64,000 nt of DNA from an uncultured delta proteobacterium (GTDB taxonomy: Bacteria > Myxococcota > Myxococcia > SLRQ01), in contig CAVSGM010000002.1 of the NCBI GenBank assembly GCA_963727485.1, forward strand, positions 480,001-544,000, given 5' to 3'. A program made the position numbers and the translations under genes. Below, piece after piece: positions 36,882-49,705 of this stretch (within the stretch, counting starts at the first letter, position 1; each line of letters opens with the position of its first letter). Under the pieces are notes generated by a model. The model was not told the DNA's origin, did not search any database, and was given only the letters and a program-made list of their open reading frames with translations.

Positions 36882-37601
36882 CTAGTCGGGCACCACGATG
36901 CCGGAGAGGTTCACCGCCACCTTGATCTCCGCCTGCTTGAGGGAGGCGCTCTCGCGGCTGGGGAAGTGACCGACGCGGACGCGGTACCAGCGGCCGCGGC
37001 CGGGGATGTCGGCGGGGACGACGTGGGCGTCGTAGCCGGCGGCCACGAGCTTCTTGGCGAGGCGGCGGGTGTCGCCCTCGTCCCGGGAGCTGGCGACCTG
37101 GATGCTGTAGCCCGCGTCGCCGGCGGCGGCCTTCGCCGGGTCCCCGGCGGCCGCGTGGGCGGGCGCGGCGTCGGCGACCCGCGCCGGCGCGTCGTGGGCG
37201 GGCGCGGCGTGGGCCGGTGCCTTGTTCGCCGCGACCTTCGCCGCGTGCGCCTCGGCGTGGTGGGCCTCGGCGTGGTGGGCCGGATGCGCCGGCGTGTCGG
37301 TCCGGGCGTGGTCGTCGACGCGCTTCTGGGTCAGGGCGTCGTGGAAGGTCAGGGCCGGCACCTTGGCCGCCGGCGCGGGCGGGGCCGCGGTCGGCGCGGT
37401 CGGCGCGGTGGAAGCCGCGGCGGCGACGGCTTGGGGATGGGCCTCGGGCTCGGCGGAGAGGCGCTTGCCCATGCCCACCCCCAGGAGGAAGACGGCGCCG
37501 AGGGCCAGGACGGACCCCACCACCAGGGTCGCGACCTGCCCGCGCTCCAGGGAGACGTCGACGGTGTCGGCGGTGTGGCGGCGGTTCCGTTGGTTCTTCA
37601 T
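36882..37601 (-). CDS. SPOR-domain cell-division protein (DedD/FtsN-like)
   Basis: N-terminal TM, His/Ala-rich linker, YSIQVAS...WYRVRVGHF. Confidence 0.85.
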   Translation of the reverse strand: MKNQRNRRHTADTVDVSLERGQVATLVVGSVLALGAVFLLGVGMGKRLSAEPEAHPQAVAAAASTAPTAPTAAPPAPAAKVPALTFHDALTQKRVDDHARTDTPAHPAHHAEAHHAEAHAAKVAANKAPAHAAPAHDAPARVADAAPAHAAAGDPAKAAAGDAGYSIQVASSRDEGDTRRLAKKLVAAGYDAHVVPADIPGRGRWYRVRVGHFPSRESASLKQAEIKVAVNLSGIVVPD

Positions 37602-37779
37602 CGATGGCCTCGCGGATCGGGGGCGACAGGGTGCGACGTCGGTCGCCAGGGGTCGCCCATGTCCTACATCCCGATCGCCATCGTCCTACGCGATCGCCAC
37701 CCGTCAAGAAAACGCCCGCCTGGGAGGCCGGTCTCGTCGACCGCCCGCCCCTCCGCGACGCCCCACCCCTCCGCGACGC

Positions 37780-39009
37780 CTACGGGTGCGCCGCCTCGGG
37801 ACGCACCATCGGCAGCCGCCGGCTCTTGTCCTGGACCCGGCGGATGGTGTCCCAGGCCCCACACCGCGGGCAGCGCCACACCAGGCTCGCCAGGCGATGG
37901 CCGCAGCGCTCGCAGCGCAGGCCCGGCTCGGCGCCCATGGTGTCGAGGAGCTCCTCGAACTGCCGGCGCAGCTCGATGTCCATGTTCTCCTCGAGGAGGA
38001 TGCGGCCGAGCTCCTGCCGGGCGTCGTGGAAGCGGGGGTCGAGATCGAGGGCCACCCGCAGCTCCTCCACCGCCCGGTCCGTGAGGCCCCGCTTGCGCAG
38101 GTACCGGGCGAGGGCCAGGCGCAGCTGCGGGACGTCCGGGAAGCGGTTCACGAAGCCCCGGAGGTACTCGCCGAGCTCCTCGTAGCGGCCGTCGCGGAAG
38201 TAGAGGTCGGAGAGGCCGCTGTAGGCCAGGCCGATGGCCTCGGGGAGGCGCTCCACCGCCGCGTCGAAGTGCTTGCGCGCCACCTTGAGCTGCCCCTGGG
38301 CCACGCCGAGCTCGGCGGCGGCGAGGTGGGCGTCGACGCAGTCCGGGTCGATCTTGAGGGCCTCCTTGAGCGCCCCCAGGGCGTCGTCGGGGCGGCCGGC
38401 GCCGAGGTGGGCGCGCCCGAGCCCGGCGAGGAGGTGCGCCAGGACGTGGTCCTCGCCGCCTCCCCGGCGCTTCACCAGCCGCCGCTCGTCTTCCACCGCC
38501 TCGCCCCACTCCCCGCCCTCGATGTGGAGGTCGCGCTTGAGGGCCAGGGCCTCCTCGACCCGCTTCTCGTCGGCGGCCGGGTCCTTCACGAACTGCCCCA
38601 GGGCCTCCTTGGCCTGGGCGAGCATCCCGGCGGTGCGGTAGTCGAGGGCCAGCTCGAAGCGCGCCTGGGCCCGGGTGCCGTCGGGGAGCCCGGGGCGCAG
38701 GAGGATGTTCTGGTGGATGCGCAGGGCGCGCTCGAGCTCACCCTTGCGCCGGAACAGGGCCCCGAGGGCGAAGTAGGTGCCGATGGTCTCGGTGTTCACC
38801 TGCACCACCCGGGTCAGCTCCTCGATGGCGGCGTCGGGGTTGTCCGAGAGGAGGTAGTGGACGCCCTTGAGGTAGGCCTGGGTCTCGTTGACCTCCCGGC
38901 GGCGGCGGCCCCGGGCGCTGCGCCAGCCGAGGACCAGCAGCACCCCGGCGCCGAGGGCCGAGAGCCCGCCGACCAGCAGCCAGAAGGGCGTCTGTCCCGC
39001 AGCCTCCAC
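37780..39009 (-). CDS. lapB: LPS assembly protein B-like (TM + TPR + rubredoxin)
   Basis: YLKGVHYLLSDNPDAAI, ALGALFRRKGELERALRIHQ, CERCG...WRCPRCGAWDT. Confidence 0.88.
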   Translation of the reverse strand: MEAAGQTPFWLLVGGLSALGAGVLLVLGWRSARGRRRREVNETQAYLKGVHYLLSDNPDAAIEELTRVVQVNTETIGTYFALGALFRRKGELERALRIHQNILLRPGLPDGTRAQARFELALDYRTAGMLAQAKEALGQFVKDPAADEKRVEEALALKRDLHIEGGEWGEAVEDERRLVKRRGGGEDHVLAHLLAGLGRAHLGAGRPDDALGALKEALKIDPDCVDAHLAAAELGVAQGQLKVARKHFDAAVERLPEAIGLAYSGLSDLYFRDGRYEELGEYLRGFVNRFPDVPQLRLALARYLRKRGLTDRAVEELRVALDLDPRFHDARQELGRILLEENMDIELRRQFEELLDTMGAEPGLRCERCGHRLASLVWRCPRCGAWDTIRRVQDKSRRLPMVRPEAAHP

Positions 39010-39010
39010 C

Positions 39011-39361
39011 CTAGCGCCTCGGCCCGTCCGCCTCGGCGGGGGCATGGGCCCCGGTGCCCACCGGCTCGGTGAGGGGGGCGTTGCGCAGGCGCTTGAGCTC
39101 CTCGTCCTGGGCGTCGATCCGCCGTTCGAGCCGCCGCCGGCGCCGCCGGCCCTGGACCCCCAGCACCCCGGCGAAGATCCCGACCAACGCCCCGCCGAGG
39201 ACCAGGAAGCTCGCCGCCACCGCGTAGAGCGGGAGCTTCGGGTGGCCGACGATGAAGTCGACGTTCACCGGGGTGCGATTGGCGATGGCGAAGAGGATGA
39301 CGTAGCCGCCAATGAGGATGCCGACGCCGACGCCGAGGATGGTGGAGATCTTGGTCTTCAT
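39011..39361 (-). CDS. lapA: LapA-family membrane protein
   Basis: Two TM segments with FAIANRTPVNVDF and a basic coiled tail; directly upstream of lapB. Confidence 0.75.
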   Translation of the reverse strand: MKTKISTILGVGVGILIGGYVILFAIANRTPVNVDFIVGHPKLPLYAVAASFLVLGGALVGIFAGVLGVQGRRRRRRLERRIDAQDEELKRLRNAPLTEPVGTGAHAPAEADGPRR

Positions 39362-39855
39362 GGGAGGGACTCGAAGGCGGTGGCCAGGACCGCGCGGCTC
39401 TGGGCCAGGTGCTCGGGCATGACCTTGGTCGCGCCGAGCACCGGCATGAAGTTGGTGTCTCCATCCCATCTAGGCACGACGTGCCAGTGGAGGTGCCCGG
39501 GGACGCCGGCGCCGGCGGGGGCGCCCAGGTTCATGCCCACGTTCACCCCGCCCGGGTGGTAGTGGCCGCGGACCACCGCGATGGTGCGCCGCAGCAGCGC
39601 CCCCAGGGCCGCCCAGTCGGGCTCGGAGACCTCCGCCGGGTCGGCCACGTGGGCGTGGGGCACCACCATCACGTGCCCGTTGTTGTAGGGAAACTTGTTG
39701 AGGATGACGAACCCGGCCTCGGCGCGGTGGACGATGAGGCTGGCGGCGTCGTCCCCGGCCCGGGGCAGGTCACAGAAGATGCAGCCCGCCGCGCGGTCGG
39801 GCGCGGGGCCCTTCTCGATGACCTCCATCCGCCACGGCGCCCAGAGGACCTTCAC
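39358..39855 (-). CDS. HIT-family protein (Ap4A phosphorylase-like)
   Basis: LWAPWR, CIFC, LNKFPYNNGH, HLHWHVVPRW.GDTNF. Confidence 0.92.
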   Translation of the reverse strand: MKVLWAPWRMEVIEKGPAPDRAAGCIFCDLPRAGDDAASLIVHRAEAGFVILNKFPYNNGHVMVVPHAHVADPAEVSEPDWAALGALLRRTIAVVRGHYHPGGVNVGMNLGAPAGAGVPGHLHWHVVPRWDGDTNFMPVLGATKVMPEHLAQSRAVLATAFESLP

Positions 39856-39864
39856 CCGGCGCCC

Positions 39865-40257
39865 CTAGATCCCGTCCCCGCCGTCGCCCGACGCCCGCAG
39901 GGGGCCGGGGACGCCGTCCACTCCGTCCCGGGCGACGGCCCCGCGCGAAGCGGCACCGTCCGCGGAGACGACCCCGTCCTGGAGGTCGACCCGCTCCCGG
40001 AGCTCCTTGCCCACGGTGAAGAAGGGGATGCGCTTGGTGGGGACGAAGACCTTGGCGCCGGTCTTGGGGTTGCGCCCGTCCCGGGCGGCCCGGCGCTTCA
40101 CCACGAAGGACCCGAAGCCCCGGATCTCGATCCGGTAGTCCTGGGCCATGGCCGAGACCATGGTGTCGAAGACGGTGTTCACCACCGTCTCCACGTCCCT
40201 CTTGGAGAGCTCGGGCTTGCGGCTCGCGACCGCTTCGATGAGCTCGCTCTTGGTCAC
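39865..40257 (-). CDS. ihfB: Integration host factor subunit beta
   Basis: MTKSELIE, RIEIRGFGSF, GRNPKTG, FTVGKELRERV. Confidence 0.93.
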   Translation of the reverse strand: MTKSELIEAVASRKPELSKRDVETVVNTVFDTMVSAMAQDYRIEIRGFGSFVVKRRAARDGRNPKTGAKVFVPTKRIPFFTVGKELRERVDLQDGVVSADGAASRGAVARDGVDGVPGPLRASGDGGDGI

Positions 40258-40342
40258 GGGCTCGGTCCCTCCCCTGGCCCCACTCCCCCCGGGGCGGCGG
40301 CGAGTAGAACAAATCTCGGGTGCGCGGACAAGCGAACGGCCC

Positions 40343-41260
40343 CTAGCGCGGGCTCGCCAGCATCCACAGGGACGGCGACCGGGCGCCGGCGGCGGTCTTG
40401 GTGACCTCGCTCTTCACCCCGTCGACGAAGGACCGGGCGCCCTCGGAGAGGAGCCGGCGCAAGAGCTCGCGCTCGTCCTTCTTGGGGTAGACGAGCTGGG
40501 GCTCGCCCTTGAGGCCCGCGAGGCGGGCGGTCTCCTTCACCGCGAAGTCGAAGCTCCCCAGCTTGTCGACCAGGCCCAGCTTCTTGGCCTCCTCGCCGGT
40601 GAGCACCCGGCCGTCGGCGATGGGCCTCACCTTGTCCACGGGCAGCTTGCGGCCCTTGGCCACGGCACCGAGGAACTGCTGGTAGACCTGCATCACCGTG
40701 TCGTGGAGGTACTGGCGGTCGTCGTCGGTCATGTCCCGGAAGGGGCTGCCGGTGTCCTTGAACTTCCCGGACTTGACGACCTCCATCTTCACCTTGGCCC
40801 AGCTCGCCAGCCCCGAGACGTCGGGGAACTCCATGATCACCCCGATGGACCCGGTGAGGGTGCCGGGGTTGGCGACGATCTCGTCGGCGGCCACCGAGAC
40901 GTAGAAGCCCCCGGACGCGGCGACGCTGCCCATGGAGACGACGACCTTCTTCTTCTTGCGGGTCTCGAGGATGGCGTCGTGGATCTCCTGGCTCGGGGCC
41001 ACGGCGCCCCCGGGGGAGTCGACGCGGACCAGCACCGCCTTGATGCTGTGGTCCTCCCGGAAGCTCTTGAGCTGCTCGAGGATCTTCTTGTCGTCGCCGA
41101 TGACGCCCTTGAGCTCGACGACGCCGATCCGCGGGCCTCCGGCGCTCACACCGCCCTCGCCCCCGCCGGTCACGGAGACGGCGAGAAAGAGGAACCCGAA
41201 GAAGACGAGGAAGAGGCCCCCGAACACCACGGCCAGCACCACGACGGCTCGCTTGTCCAT
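40343..41260 (-). CDS. sppA: Signal peptide peptidase SppA (36K type)
   Basis: RVDSPGGAV, SMGSVAASGGFY, TGSIGVI, KSGKFKD. Confidence 0.93.
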   Translation of the reverse strand: MDKRAVVVLAVVFGGLFLVFFGFLFLAVSVTGGGEGGVSAGGPRIGVVELKGVIGDDKKILEQLKSFREDHSIKAVLVRVDSPGGAVAPSQEIHDAILETRKKKKVVVSMGSVAASGGFYVSVAADEIVANPGTLTGSIGVIMEFPDVSGLASWAKVKMEVVKSGKFKDTGSPFRDMTDDDRQYLHDTVMQVYQQFLGAVAKGRKLPVDKVRPIADGRVLTGEEAKKLGLVDKLGSFDFAVKETARLAGLKGEPQLVYPKKDERELLRRLLSEGARSFVDGVKSEVTKTAAGARSPSLWMLASPR

Positions 41261-41327
41261 GGGCGGGGGCTATAGCGCAGATTGGCGGGCGGCGCCACGG
41301 GGCACGCGGACGCCGCCCACCGGTGCC

Positions 41328-41580
41328 CTACTCCACGATCACGGGCACCTCGGTAGATCTCGTCCGCCGGGTGCCCGCTCTTCTGGTGGACCTGGGAGAC
41401 CGCGTCGAGGCTCGGCCCCTCGGAGAGGCAGAAGACGTGCCCGGTCTTGGGGTCGCCCCAGGCCCGGATGAAGTGGACCCCGGTGCCCTTCTCGTTGGCC
41501 AGGTCCTGGTCGTGGGCAGCCTCCAGCTGCGCCTTGGTGACCCCCTTCATGCTCTTGTGGACGTCCATGAACAGCGCCAT
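41328..41580 (-). CDS. DUF4242 / SCO4226-like nickel-binding small protein (1-nt insertion near 41351)
   Basis: MALFMDVH..AHDQDL..VFCLSEGPS...VHQKSGHPADEIY; removing one C gives EVPVIVE* at 41328. Confidence 0.8.
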
Positions 41581-41728
41581 GTCCCATTCCCCTTTCGGCG
41601 GGCCGGTGTGGTCCGCCGGCGGCAACCCTAGGTCGGCCCCGGAGGCCGGGAAATGCGTGCCATCCCCGGGCTGGCGTCTCCCCCTGGGTGACCGCGGGAC
41701 GGGGGACGACCGCCCGGGGAACCAACGG

Positions 41729-41764
41729 AAAACGGGCCCCGAACCGGAAGGTCCGAGGCCCGTT
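41729..41764 (-). terminator. Rho-independent terminator downstream of rpsA
   Basis: Minus strand AACGGGCCTCGGACC-TTCC-GGTTCGGGGCCCGTT followed by TT. Confidence 0.65.
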
Positions 41765-41790
41765 GTGGGTGCCGAGGTGGGCGCGGCGCG

Positions 41791-43600
<1,810 letters not shown>

Positions 43601-43720
43601 GAATGGAATCCTGGCTTCGGTAAACGACCCCTCTTGGGCTTTCTTCCGGGCGCCGCGGGGAACGACGGCGAGCGGGCGGACGCCAGGCCAACCCCGGTGT
43701 CCGGTTCTCAAACGCGGCGG

Positions 43721-43750
43721 AACCTAGAGGAATTTCCCGCGAACTGTCAA
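43721..43750 (-). promoter_or_regulatory. Putative sigma70 promoter for rpsA
   Basis: Minus strand TTGACA-N18-TAGGTT; the -35 overlaps the cmk stop codon. Confidence 0.55.
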
Positions 43751-44442
43751 GCGCCGGGGGTGGGGGTCTCGCCCCCCACCGACGCCGCCATCCGCCCCAC
43801 GACCTCGTCGATCCCCAGCTCGGTGCTGTCCACAATCTCCCCGTCGTCGGCGGGCTTGAGCGGCGCCACCTCCCGGGTCGAGTCCTGGTGGTCGCGGCGG
43901 GCCTGGTCGGCGAGCACCTCGTCGAGGCTCACCTCGGCCCCCCGGGCCGTCAGCTCGTCGTAGCGGCGCCTGGCGCGGATCTCCGCCGACGCGGTGAGGA
44001 AGAACTTGTGGTCGGCGTCCGGGAAGACCACCGTCCCGATGTCCCGGCCCTCGAGCACCGCGCCCTCGGCCTCGGTCTCGAGGGCCAGGCGCCGCTGGAG
44101 CTCCAACAGCCCGGTGCGCACCGCCGGCCGGGCGCTCACGGTGGAGGCCCCCATGGAGATCTCCGGGGTGCGGATGAGGGGGGTCACGTCCTCGCCGGCG
44201 AGGAGCACGTGGTTGAGGCCGTCCTCGAGGTGGAAGTCGACCTCCAGCCCGTCGACGATGGCCATGAGCCCGGCGTCGTCGTCGAAGGGGATGCCGGCGC
44301 GGGTGGCCGAGAGGGCCACGGCCCGGTAGATGGCCCCGGTGTCGACCAGGGTGAAGCCGAGGCGCTCGGCCAGGGCCCGGGCCACGGTGGACTTCCCGGC
44401 GCCGGCGGGGCCGTCGATGGCGACGATGGTGGGGCGCGGCAT
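43747..44442 (-). CDS. cmk: Cytidylate kinase
   Basis: VAIDGPAGAGKST, DTGAIYRA, EGRDIGTVVFPDA, RRDHQDSTR. Confidence 0.96.
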   Translation of the reverse strand: MPRPTIVAIDGPAGAGKSTVARALAERLGFTLVDTGAIYRAVALSATRAGIPFDDDAGLMAIVDGLEVDFHLEDGLNHVLLAGEDVTPLIRTPEISMGASTVSARPAVRTGLLELQRRLALETEAEGAVLEGRDIGTVVFPDADHKFFLTASAEIRARRRYDELTARGAEVSLDEVLADQARRDHQDSTREVAPLKPADDGEIVDSTELGIDEVVGRMAASVGGETPTPGA

Positions 44443-44584
44443 CGCCCGGCACCTACCACGCGGGGGCGAGCGGCGCCACCCCGGGGGCCCGGCCCGGGTC
44501 GCCTCGGACCCCGGCGGCATCGTGCCCCTCGTTCCACATGGAGGTATGGTCCGCCCACAACTCCCATCCGCGAGAGGAATCGTC

Positions 44585-46957
<2,373 letters not shown>

Positions 46958-46967
46958 AGAGGACCCG

Positions 46968-48132
46968 ATGAAGGACATCATCATTGCTGAAGCCGTTCGC
47001 TCGGCGGTGGGTCGTGGCCACAAGGGCACCCTCGCCACCAAGCGCCCAGACGAGCTCGCGGCCGACGTGGTCCGCGGGCTCATGGCCCGCGTGCCAGAGG
47101 CCCAGGGCAAGATCGACGACGTCGTCCTCGGCTGCGCCATGCCCGAGGGCGAGCAGGGTCTCAACATCGCCCGCCTGGTCGCGCTGACTGCCGACCTCGG
47201 CGTCGAGGTGTCGGGCCAGACGATCAACCGGTTCTGCTCGAGCGGGCTCCAGGCCATCGCGACCGCGGCCGGCTCGATCGCGATCGGCTCGTGCGACGCG
47301 GTCATCGCCGGCGGCGTCGAGTCGATGAGCTACGTGCCGATGACCGGCTTCCACCTGTCGGCGTCTCCCGAGCTCATGGACCACATGCCGACGGCGAACA
47401 CGCCGATGGGCATCACCGCCGAGAACGTGGCCAACCGGTTCGGCATCACCCGCGAGCAGCAGGACGAGTTCGCCTACCAGAGCCAGATGAAGGCCAAGGC
47501 GGCGCTGGCCTCCGGGGCCTTCGAGGACGAGATCGTTCCGGTCCGCGCGGTCGGCTACGAAGGCGGCCAACGGGTCTACCGGGACTTCACCGTCGACGAG
47601 CTGCCCCGGCCCGAGACCACCCTCGAGGGCCTGGCCAAGCTGCCGCCGGCGTTCGCCCAGGGCGGCTCGGTCACCGCCGGCAACTCGTCGCCGCTCTCCG
47701 ACGGCGCCGCCGCGGCCCTGGTCATGTCCAAGGAGAAGGCCGACGAGCTCGGCATCAAGGGCCTGGGCTACCTCCGCGCGTTCGTCACCGTCGGCGTCGA
47801 CCCGGCGATCATGGGCATCGGCCCGCTGCCGGCGGTCCAGAAGCTGCTCGAGAAGACCGGGCTGTCGATCGACGACATCGACCTGGTCGAGATGAACGAG
47901 GCCTTCGCCTCGCAGTCGGTGTACTGCCAGCGGGAGCTGGGCATCCCGGACGACAAGCTCAACGTCCACGGCGGCGCGATCGCGCTCGGTCACCCGCTCG
48001 GGTGCACCGGCGCCAAGCTCGAGCGCCACGGCGCTCCACGAGCTGCGCCGCCGCGGCGGCCGCTACGCGATCGTGACGATGTGCATCGGCGGCGGCCAGG
48101 GCGCCGCCGGTCTGTTCGAGGCGATCTCCTGA
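46968..48132 (+). CDS. fadA: Acetyl-CoA C-acyltransferase (thiolase); frameshift near 48021
   Basis: [36 protein letters not shown]; the shifted frame ends [18 protein letters not shown]. Confidence 0.92.
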
Positions 48133-48190
48133 TCGCCGGGCCGGTGCGCGCCCCGCCCGGGGCGCGCGCCGGCTCCCGGATCCTCCCCGG

Positions 48191-49493
48191 TCAAGCCGAG
48201 AGGCGGAGGAGCACCTCCGGGAACCCGGGGAAGCTCACGTCCATGCACCCCGGGTCGTCGAGCTCCGTGGGCCCGTCCGCCACCAGCGCCAGCACCGCCG
48301 CGGTGAGGGCGATGCGGTGGTCGCCGTGGGTGCGGATGGTCCCGGGCGCCGGCAGCGGCCCCTCGCGCCCGTGGACCACGAAGCCGCCCGACCGCGCCTC
48401 GGTGGCGACCCCGAAGCGGGCGAGCAGCTCGCAGGTGGTGGCGATGCGGTCGGACTCCTTGACCCGCAGCTCCCCCACCCCGGCGAAGCGCGTGGAGCCC
48501 TCGGCCAGCGGCCGCGACGGCCGCGAGGACTGGGACCTCGTCGATGAGGCCGGCGACGTCGGCGCCTTCGAGATCCACGCCGCGCAGGCGCCCGGCGTAC
48601 CGGGCCACCAGGGTGCCCACCGGCTCGCCGCCGACCTCCCGGGCGTCCTCCACGGCGACGTCGGCGCCGAGCTTTCGGAGGGCGTCCACGAAGGCGATGC
48701 GCGTGGGGTTCAGGCACACGTTCTCCACGCGCACCTCGCTCCCCGGAACCAGGCACGCGGCCGCCACCAGGAACGCCGCCGACGACGGGTCCCCGGGGAC
48801 CACCCGGTCCACCGGGGCCAGGCGCGCCACCGGCCCCTCGAGGCGCACGGTGGGCCCGTCCACGGTCAGGGGCGCCCCCATGGCGGCGAGCATGCGCTCG
48901 GTGTGGTCGCGCGACGGCGCCGGCTCGCTCACCGCCGTGCGGCCGATGGCCCGGAGCCCGGCCAGGAGGACGCAGCTCTTCACCTGGGCGCTCGCCACCG
49001 GGCTCTCGTAGTGGATGGCCTGGAGCCCGGCGCCGGTGACGGTGAGCGGCAGGGTCAGGCTGCCGCCGCGATCGGTGCCCTCGACGAGGGCGCCCATCCG
49101 CCGCAGGGGCGTCGCCACCCGGGCCATGGGCCGGCGCGAGAGGGAGGCGTCGCCGGTGAAGGTCACCGGGAAGCCCCGGCCGGCGACCACCCCGGCCAGG
49201 AGGCGCACGGTGGTCCCGGAGTTCCCGGCGTCGAGGGGGCCGGCGGGCTCGGTGAGGCCGTCCAGGCCGGTGCCGTGGACCCGCACCGCCCCCGGCCCCA
49301 GGTCCTCGAAGCGGACGCCCAGGGCCTCGAGGCACCGGCGGGTGCTGGCGACGTCGGCCCCGGCCGAGAGCCCCGTGACCGTGGACGGCCCGTCGGCGAG
49401 CGCCCCGAGGATGAGGGACCGGTGGCCGATGGACTTGTCCCCGGGGACCTCGACCTGGCCCTTCAGGGGGCCCGCCGCCGGGTGGAGCGTCAT
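48191..49493 (-). CDS. aroA: 3-phosphoshikimate 1-carboxyvinyltransferase (frameshift near 48510)
   Basis: PGDKSIGHR, DAGNSGTT, ASAQVKS, SRDHTERML, IDEVP / ELRVKESDRI, GDHRIA. Confidence 0.93.
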
Positions 49494-49705
49494 GGCCGCA
49501 GCGGTAGCACGGGGCCGGCTCGCGCGAAAGACGGCCGTGCCGGCCTCGGGCGCGCCTGGGCGGCCCCCCCGGGGGCGCCGCACCTGTGCAGCGTGCTTCA
49601 CAACCCGCGGTCCCATGGTGGCGGGAGCGCCGGCGCCGTGCCCGCCAAGCCGCTGGAATCGTGGGCCCAGGCGAATTGGTATGACCGATGCTGCGCTCCC
49701 GGGGC

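Noticed and set aside
37748..37780. Short direct repeat CCCCTCCGCGACGCC x2, plus the rpsA and rplS C-terminal micro-repeats
   Set aside because: Only two or three short copies with no spacers; not CRISPR, and the coding ones are low-complexity tails.
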